DNA of 64,000 nt from the human T2T-CHM13v2.0 reference genome, Homo sapiens: assembly GCF_009914755.1 (NCBI RefSeq), contig NC_060934.1; one strand, given 5' to 3'. A program made the translations under genes and the position numbers. Of the stretch, positions 54,931 through 64,000 are shown piece after piece; position 1 is the first letter of the stretch; each line of letters starts with the position of its first letter. The notes under the pieces are model-generated. The model worked only from the letters and a program-made list of their open reading frames with translations, had not been told where the DNA came from and made no database searches.

Positions 54931-56384
54931 ATCATCTGAGGAGTACCAAAAAAATCTGAATGACTATTATTGGTGCTATACCAATAGTTTTATGCTTCTG
55001 TAAATAAGTGTTATGTTGAATATTTTAAAATGTATCATTGTGAAATTAACTTCTTGCTTTAACCTAAAAAAATTCTGAGTTATAAATATCCCTGGACAAT
55101 TCTTTCCAGAAAGCAGGCTTTCAATGGGTTAGAATTAGGGGTCTCCTGAGGACATAAAAGAGATGTCCAGTAAGTGGGAAGAAATACAGGGAGCCAAGGG
55201 CTGTGCAATAACATTAGAACATAATGAAAAATAAATTTATACTTCACAGTTTTCCTAGCTGCCCATAAGTGGATAAATTTTTTTGTCTATGATTTTTTTA
55301 GGGAGAAAAATAATGTAATCATCCAAATAATCCTACCTTAGATTAGATGCATGATATCTCAAAAACAGACCTTAAGGACCTCATCTGGTTTTGTAAATTA
55401 AAACTGTCTGAAAGGAGGAGGAACATCAAACCTTTCTTTACAATGGACACTGCTCTATTTTTCTACATAAATATCTTCATTGCCTTGTTTTGTGAACATG
55501 AGCCTGCAGACATATGAGAGGTATAGACTATTCTCACACATCATGCCGTAAATTCTTCCTTTCATCTACTCTAAGGAGTATTCAGGGACTGGTGTGAGCT
55601 GCTTTTTGCTCATAAAAACAAGTGCAGGGTCCTCAGTGGATCTTTATTTACTCATTTAAAAAATATGGAACATTCTAGTTCAGGACCCTCTGTAATATAA
55701 TTCTGGGCAAATTTTGGAAAGGCCAGAGGATTTACTAGCAAGGATTCTGAAGCCAACTGGGGGAAATTTCTCCCCCATTTTAAGAAGGATTTACTACACC
55801 TCTCAAGAAAGAAGTAATCTCCAAGAAAAGTACAAAGCCAGGGCCAGAGAGCCAAGGAGCCAGAAGACAAGTTCTGAAAAGATCTTCTCAGAGTCTTTAT
55901 GAGACCATTTGATCTCTAGCCTTGCCCATGATGCGTAGAGTGGTTGTTTGCATTTGTCTTTGTTAAAGTGGGGAGAGAGAGAAGTTTTAAGTTCCCTCAC
56001 ACGGGCATGTAGTATCATCTCTGTATTGCAATGTGGCTGTGTGACAATGCAAGGGAACATGGTGGATCTGCTGGGCAGCCATGGTTAGGCCTCAGAGAGA
56101 AAACCTGGTCCCTCCTCTGATCGCAGAGTGACTCTGGCCATCTTAAACCTACCTTGTGAAAACACAGCTTGCATCTAGGCATTGCCCAGGCTACAGAAAG
56201 CTAGACAGAGAGAGAGTGGGCCATTATCTAACCCTCATTTCATAGGAAGTTCAAGCATCAATTACATGAAAATATGAATTCAAATAATTTATCATTGTGA
56301 TAAAATAGGCATAACATAAAATTCACCATTTTAAGCATTTTTAATTGTGCAGTTCTATGGCATTATGTGTATTCACATTGTCAT

Positions 56385-56746
56385 TGATATAGTTTCGCTC
56401 TGTGTCCTCGCCCAAATCTCATCTCAAATTTTAATCCCCAAGTGTCGAGGGAGGGTCTTGATGGTAGGTGACTGGATCATGGGGGTGGTTTCCCACTTGC
56501 TGTTCTCATGATAATGAGGGAGTTCTCATGAGATCTAATGGTTTAAAAGTGACGCTTCCCCCTTTGCTGCCTCTCTCCTGCCAACACGTAAGAAGTGCCT
56601 GGCTTCCTCTTCGCCTTCCACCATGACTGTAAGTTTCCTGAGGCCTCTTCAGCCATGTGCAACTGTGAGTCACTTAAACCTCTTTCCTTTATAAATTACT
56701 CAGTTTTGGGCAGTTCTTTGTAGCGGTGTGAAAAAGGACTAATACA
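56385..56746 (+). mobile_element. THE1D/MSTA-like solo LTR
   Basis: 'tgatatagtttcgctctgtgtcctcgcccaaatctcatctc...ggactaataca'. Confidence 0.9.
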
Positions 56747-57464
56747 GATGTGCAACTATAATCACCATCTGTCTCTGGAACTTTTTGGTCTTCCTCAACC
56801 TGAACTCTGTACTCATTAAACACGAACTCCTCATTTCCCCTTCCCCAGTGCCTGATAGCCACCATCCTACTTTCTATCTGCATGAATTTGGCAACTCTAG
56901 GAACCTCACATAAGTAGGATCATAAAATATTTGTCTGTTGGTGACTGCCTTTTTTCACATAGTATAATGTCCTCAAGGTTCATCTATATTGCAGCACATG
57001 TCAGAAGTTCCTGCCTTTTTAAGGCTAAAGAATATTCCATTTTATGTATATACCACACTTTATCCATCTATCATTGTTTCTTCATTTATCCATAGACATT
57101 AAGGTTGTTTCTACCTTTTGGATCTTGTTAATAATACTATTATGAGCATGGCTGTACAAATATCTGTTCGAATCTTTGCTTTCATTTTTTGGGGGGTATA
57201 TCCCGACAAATGGAATTGCTGCATTTTATGGTAATTCTAAGTTTAATTCTTTGAGGAACTACCATTGCATTTTCCACAGCGACTATCCTGTTTTATATTC
57301 CCACCCACAGTGCACAAGGGCTTCAACTTTTTCACATTCCCACCAACACTTACTTTCTATTGTTTCTGTTTTTTGTTTTTTTCATAGCATCCACTCTCAT
57401 GAATGTAGAGCCTCATTGTGCTTTTGAGTTGCATTTCTCTAATGATTAGTGACGCTGAGCATTC

Positions 57465-57777
<313 letters not shown>

Positions 57778-58402
57778 TGAGCTTATTGGCCTTAAATAAT
57801 TTTTAAAGCTGTGCAATTTCACATTCAAAAAGCCATTTCTTAATTTCACTGTTTGTGTGTGTGTGTGGGTGTGTCAATTCTTTATCACTTATGTGTAAAA
57901 TTTATGTGGTTTGAGTAAAGAGGGAAAATGGAAAAGGAATCTTTAAACACATTAAACTTGATGATCACATGATTTTCAAAATCTTTAATGGACTCACTTT
58001 CTCCTTACTCAAGCTCCATCAAAAGTTAATTAAATATGTAGAATTTTCCTAGAAGCTAAGCACATTCTTAGGTTTATTCAGTTTTGCTCATGATTTTGCA
58101 TACTTCCCACTGCCATTAAATCAGAGCATTGGAAACTACAAAGGATTTCTATAGGTAGCTCAGAAAAAACAGCAAATGTGCATTGAATTACATGTCATCC
58201 CACATTTTCACAAGTACCTACAATTTATGAATAACCTCTTCTTTTTTTAATATTTGGCTTTCAGTAACCAGAAAAATTCAATATGTTGAATGCTTTATAA
58301 TAACTAAGAAGTTGAAGAAGAAAACTTGAAATTATACCAATGAAATCCCATTACCCTTGTAAGTTACAGTCAAAGAATTAATAAGCCCATCTGATTGCCT
58401 AA

Positions 58403-58699
<297 letters not shown>

Positions 58700-59707
58700 T
58701 CTTCATGAGTTTTGTCTGTTTGTTTTCCTCCTCAGAACTATGTAAGTCTCATTAGAATCCTTTAAAGAGAGACAGGAGCCTCGCTTGCATTTCAAAGTAA
58801 GTAAGAGGTCATGCCCACTAGAGTCACAAGTATGTAAAGCCTCAGGGATAAATCTGAATATATATTACTGTTATTACTAATTAGTCATAAGAATAACTTT
58901 TAAGTCACCCAGCGCTTTGGGGTTGTTGTGCTTTAATGCTTTAGATTATACGTTCAATAATATCTCTGGAGACCACCCTAATAAGAAATAGCTTATTTTT
59001 ACCTCAGGATTCTACTCTCAAATATAAAATTTTAACTTGCACTGAGAGCCAAGATAATTCTTAAAATGGCACGTGGAAAAACTGTGACTACAAAACTCCA
59101 GCCTCCATCACAACCTGGCTGTCTAACACATTTTTGTACAACTTTTCAAACTGCTTCTAAATCCACTGTTGGTTCAGATAAGTCGTTCAGCCTTCTATGT
59201 AAGGGAGTATTTTGCAATAAAAACCCAAAAAAGTTCCTCTTGGCACTGACAATTTTATAACATAATGAAGCATGTCCTAAATAATTTTAAGATTCTTTTA
59301 CAATATAGAAGCACAGATGGGTGACATCATGGTATAAAGCAACTTTTACTGAAATAAAAAAATGCTTTTTAAAGGGTTCTTAGAAATTAGAGCTGTTAAA
59401 TCAAGAAATCTTTCTGTAGCATTTGACTATAAAATTGAGGAATCTAAACTTACAAGCCTTTGTCTTGAATCTAGGAAGCATGAAAAATCTTACAGGATAA
59501 ATGCAGACCACAAATTCAGTTATCCAAGCACTCAAACCATGCCTCTCTACATATGGCCACCTATATAAAGTCACTATCAGTGTAAAGTGGCAAAGCGTGG
59601 CATAATCCAAATAGCTAAAGGGGTGGACCTTGCTCCTGTTCCCACTGTGTTTTATAATTAAGTTAGAATCAATATTGGCTGTTCTTGGAGACCATCATGA
59701 CACTTAC

Positions 59708-59807
59708 CTCAAGTCCCTCAATGTGATATAATGTCCAAATAGCAGAGTGAGATAAATTTAAGAAATTATTCACATCTAGGTTTGGAACCAGAACAGAGTT
59801 CACCCAT
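59708..59807 (-). ncRNA. Candidate 100-nt minus-strand exon, possibly MIR-derived
   Basis: Acceptor 'ttttgcctccctttgtgtctAG|atggg' and donor 'gag|GTAAGT'. Confidence 0.35.
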
Positions 59808-59908
59808 CTAGACACAAAGGGAGGCAAAATATCCATATAGCAGGTATTGGTCAAGGAAACAGGAATCAGAATACTATGCATACATGGTTTTAACTGGCTG
59901 CTACTGAA

Positions 59909-60115
59909 CAGGTGTCAACAAAGTACTACCAAATCTGTCCAGCCACCTGTTTTTACAAACAAAGTTTTATTGGAACACAGCCTTGCCCATTCACTGGCAT
60001 TTTGTCTATGGCTATTTTTACACTCCAGTGGTGACACTGAATAGTTGAACAGAGGCCATACAGTTCAAAAAGCTGAAAATATTTACTGTTTGGCTCGTTA
60101 CAGAAAAAGTTTGCT
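59909..60115 (-). mobile_element. MER58A
   Basis: 'ccacctgtttttacaaacaaagttttattggaacacagcc...aaagctgaaaatatttactgtttggc...acagaaaaagtttgc'. Confidence 0.88.
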
Positions 60116-60440
60116 ATAGAACATTCTGCTAGGATATCAAGGCAATCTTAAGGAAGGACCAAGTAAAAAAACTGGATTAAGCCAGGATGAAGTAGGACAT
60201 TGGTATTTTATAGCCATTAAAATTATTACCTTTAATTCATATGCATTCTTACAATTGTCAAAGTGCTTTCGTATTCATTATCCCACTTGATTGTTGGAAG
60301 AACCCTGTAATATAAACAGCGTAGTTGCCACAACACCTTTTTCAAAGTGATTTGGCCCTGAGAGGTGAAGTGTTTTCTCCTGGATTACATAACAAGTGGG
60401 GGTCTTCTGGCACCGTGAGCTTAGAAGCCAAACAAAGCTA

Positions 60441-60744
60441 GCCAGGTGCTGTGGCTTACACCTGTAATCCCAGCACTTTGGGAGCCCAAGGTGGGGTGGA
60501 TTGCTTGAGCCCAGGAGTTCCAGACCAGCCTGGGCAACATGGCAAAATCCCAACTCTACAAAAAATACAAAAAAAATTAGCCAGGCATGGTGGCACATGC
60601 CTGTGGTCCCAGCTACTCAAGAAGCTGAGGTGGGAGGATCACCTGAGCACAGGAGGTTGAGGCTGCAGTGAGCCATGAGCACACCACTGCATTCCAGCCT
60701 GGGCAATAAGATGAGACCCTGTCTCAAAAAAAAAAAAAAAAAAA
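60441..60744 (+). mobile_element. AluJ
   Basis: Full dimer with poly(A); TSD-like 'tagaagccaaacaaagct' / 'tagaagtcagacaaagct'. Confidence 0.95.
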
Positions 60745-61239
60745 GTAGAAGTCAGACAAAGCTTACCAAGCTACCAGGTTGTTTGTCTTGACATCTGGCC
60801 AGAAAGCAAGATCAGGAGGCGGGGCAAAGGTGAAAAGTTCAAGAAGCCCAGCAGACACTGTGCTCTGGCACCTTACACCTCAGGAGAAGACGCAGACATC
60901 CTGGAGCGTGTTTCCCCACTGACCTTTGCAGAGGCTTGCTGGCTGCACACAGGAAGCTGTTCTGCTCACATCCTCCAGGCTGCTGCCTTCCCATCTGCTC
61001 TTCAACACAGGATGTTGTTCTCCCAGATCAGAGCTGCTGGATTCCCATGACACGACGCTCATGCACACATCCTATCTGGGGATGCTTTGCAGCCACCCAA
61101 GTGCAGTGCATTTTGGGGTCTGGCACACAGCATCCAAGATGACAGAGGCACTCTTCCCAGGTCACCGCTGTGACTGAACAGCCAGTCTGTGTTCACACTC
61201 AGTGTTTGTGTGGATTGCGGCCAGACTTTTTGCTTTGTC

Positions 61240-61480
61240 GAGAAGAGGGCAGATTCTAGGGCCAGACTGACTGAGTTCAATTCCCGCTCCTGTACTTAGT
61301 ATCCGTGAGATCTTGGGTGAGTTTCTGGGCCTCTGAGAGTTTCAGTTTGCTCATCTGTTAAATGGAGATAATAATGGTGTCTACCTTGTCAGGTCACCAT
61401 GAAGGATAAATGACTTAGGACAGTGTTGGGCATATAGTAAGTGTACAATAAATGCTAGCAATTGTTCTTAATGATCATTA
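61240..61480 (+). mobile_element. MIR, near full length
   Basis: 'ccagactgactgagttcaattcccgctcctgtacttag...tcagtttgctcatctgttaaatggagataataat'. Confidence 0.88.
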
Positions 61481-62634
61481 CTATCTCAAGGAGAGCTAGG
61501 GCCCTGCCACAGCCTGTAGCATTTTCTTCTTGGGAGGCAATTTTTTGTCTTGGGGTACCTGATGCCTTTATACCCTCAGTTGGATGTACACTGTCACCAA
61601 GATATTTGTTCACATCTTGAAGATTGGAAAGCAGATAGAACTTTGGAAAAAACACTCCATATCTGCAACACCAATGTGCTGATACACTGGGAAGAGACTA
61701 ATCTCTCCAGCTTCTGAGGCAGAGTGTAGCTTCAGGGCCGATTAGTATCACCAGCTCATGATGGAAACCCCAGTTAGACGCTGCACAGTGAGGTGGTCAC
61801 GTGAGGTTCTTCTTAGGGACTGTGAAGAAATGAGGCAGGGTATTCCCTTATACATGATCTCTATTTCCATGTTCAAAACTGCAAGAAAGTTTGTTTGAAG
61901 CCCATAGGAAGAATTTAGGTTAGCTACAAGAAAGAACTAGTAAACATGGAGATTTCATGTGCTGCCAAAAAAGCGAAGTTGGCTATGCCTTTGGGATTTG
62001 GAAAACAGAACAGAGTCAGAGAGGTGTGAGGCAGCTCAAAGCTAGGCATTGCTGAACCAGGAGAGCACAAGAGATCCTCAGAGCCAGCCCCCAGCTATGG
62101 ATGGAAGGAGCAGTCATGCATGAGCAACCACTGGTGTCAAATCCTGCCAGAAAACAGAAGTGCGCATTACCAGGTAGAGCTGCTCATTAGAGCCCAGGTG
62201 AAGGCCAGCGGAGCACAGGGTTACTGCAGGCTGTGGCCTCGAACCAGCCCCAGGGAGGAGATCCCCAACAGCTGCCTCCTTCACTGGGGTAGCCAAAGAT
62301 CATCCCTAAGCCAGGGCAGCTCAGGCAGTTACAAAAGCAGAATCCGGGAGCTTTAGCAAAGGTTCAGAAACCAGGAAGAGAGTTCATGGGAAGGGCTAGC
62401 CCCATATTTGGAATACGGTAGTGTTCTCTCTCTTTGATGAGGATTTACGTCAACAGAAAGGATTTCCAGACAGGTGTGGAGGCATCCAGTCACGAAACTA
62501 AATAGAGATATATGTGGGGAGGGGGTCAGGGAGGCCCAGAAGTACAATGAATAATTCAATAGTGATATCACTGAAGATGGTTCAGGAAGATGTTCTCATG
62601 CTGAAAAAGTCATGGCAGCTGCATTTGGAACAGG

Positions 62635-63049
62635 GTATTTGTCCATTTGCATTGCTATAAAGGAATACTTGAAACTGGGTAATTTATAAAGAAAAGACGT
62701 TTATTTGGCTCACAGTTCTGCAGGCTGTACATGAAGCATAGTGCCAGCATCTGCTCCTGGTGAGGCCTCCAGAAGCTTGCAATCGTGGCAGAAGGTGAAG
62801 GGGAGCCAGCAAGTGACAGGGCAAGAGAGAGAGCAAGAGAGAGACGGGAGGGCCCCGACCCTTTTTAAACAACCAGATCTCACGTGGACTAATAAAGTGA
62901 ACTAATAGAGTGAGAACGCACTCATTACCACGAGGACCGCAACAAGCCATTTATGAAGGATCCACCCCCATGACCCAAACACCTCCACTAGGCCCACCAT
63001 CAACATTGGAGGTTGAGACTTGGAAGGGACACACATCCAAACTAAATCA
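62635..63049 (-). mobile_element. MSTB-like solo LTR
   Basis: 'gtccatttgcattgctataaaggaatacttgaaactgggtaatttataaag...acacatccaaactaaatca'. Confidence 0.92.
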
Positions 63050-63313
63050 ACAGGGTAAGCACTTAGAATTTTTAAGCAGGGAGAAAACTTCCAGTCCTAT
63101 CCTTTCTGAATAGGCCAAAGGATGATCAGGCCAGTTCCAGAGGTGCTGACAGTGAAATCGTGAGACTCAGGGAGGAGATCCGTAGGGCCCTGGAGAGCAG
63201 AGGCTGTCACCAGCACATGCAGGAGGCTTGTTACAAAGTCTTAAGTAAAAGGCAAATGTCAAGGTTCAGTGTGTTGAATCCTGCTAGGATTAGGTCATTG
63301 TGGGGAGATACTA

Positions 63314-63676
<363 letters not shown>

Positions 63677-64000
63677 TGGAACATAGCCCACGAATTCAAA
63701 GTAAACCTCAGAGCAAACCTGATCAGCTGGTGAATGATCTCAGTATGGAAGTCTTAGGCTCTGGAGTAGATGGGCAAGTTGCCTGTTGATCACAGGAGAC
63801 AGATTGTCTATTCCAGATTAAAGCAGCATTCTTGGAATAAGCTTTATAGGTGTGTACTATTCCCAGAGTGAGACAGGGTTTGTTCTCTAGAAACTGGTCT
63901 TTTACCCTGAGATTACTCACAATTCAAACAATATCATTGTGATCTAATGGCTACTTCCTTATTTTTGGACTCAAACTAATGATAAAAATAACATAGACTC

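Noticed and set aside
58710-58747. Plus-strand 6-nt microexon-like motif 'cctcag|aactat|gtaagt'
   Set aside because: Resembles the L2 terminal motif ('ttgtctgt...ctagactgtaagctcc'), is on the opposite strand to other candidates, and is likely chance.

Overview
Primate, very likely human, non-coding genomic DNA (about 38-40% GC by eye, CpG-depleted, no CpG island). I found no credible protein-coding exon; the ORF track is explained by Alu, L1, LTR and microsatellite sequence or by chance. The window is rich in interspersed repeats: about 14 Alus, many with TSDs; a decayed two-LTR MaLR provirus with nested MST and a 5'-inverted L1; THE1, MST, MER34-like and LTR33-like solo LTRs; MER2, MER6A, MER8, MER58A and Charlie DNA elements; many MIR and L2 relics; and an old L1 block at about 43.7-57.8 kb. 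Several signals are not explained by repeats. (1) A ~400-bp, ~82%-identical, almost indel-free inverted duplication (24447-24849 / 26839-27240) of sequence I do not recognise as a repeat, which could fold into a long dsRNA stem. (2) Strong minus-strand non-coding exon candidates (5257-5341, 35494-35610, 59708-59807) that could belong to a transcript crossing that stem. (3) A ~300-bp insertion at 42.4 kb copied from a donor 4.4 kb away, with twin-priming geometry, an L1-endonuclease-like site and no poly(A). (4) Several smaller locally templated or fold-back insertions. (5) A consensus CTCF motif. Repeat family names are from recalled consensus sequences, and identities are hand counts; no database search was run.
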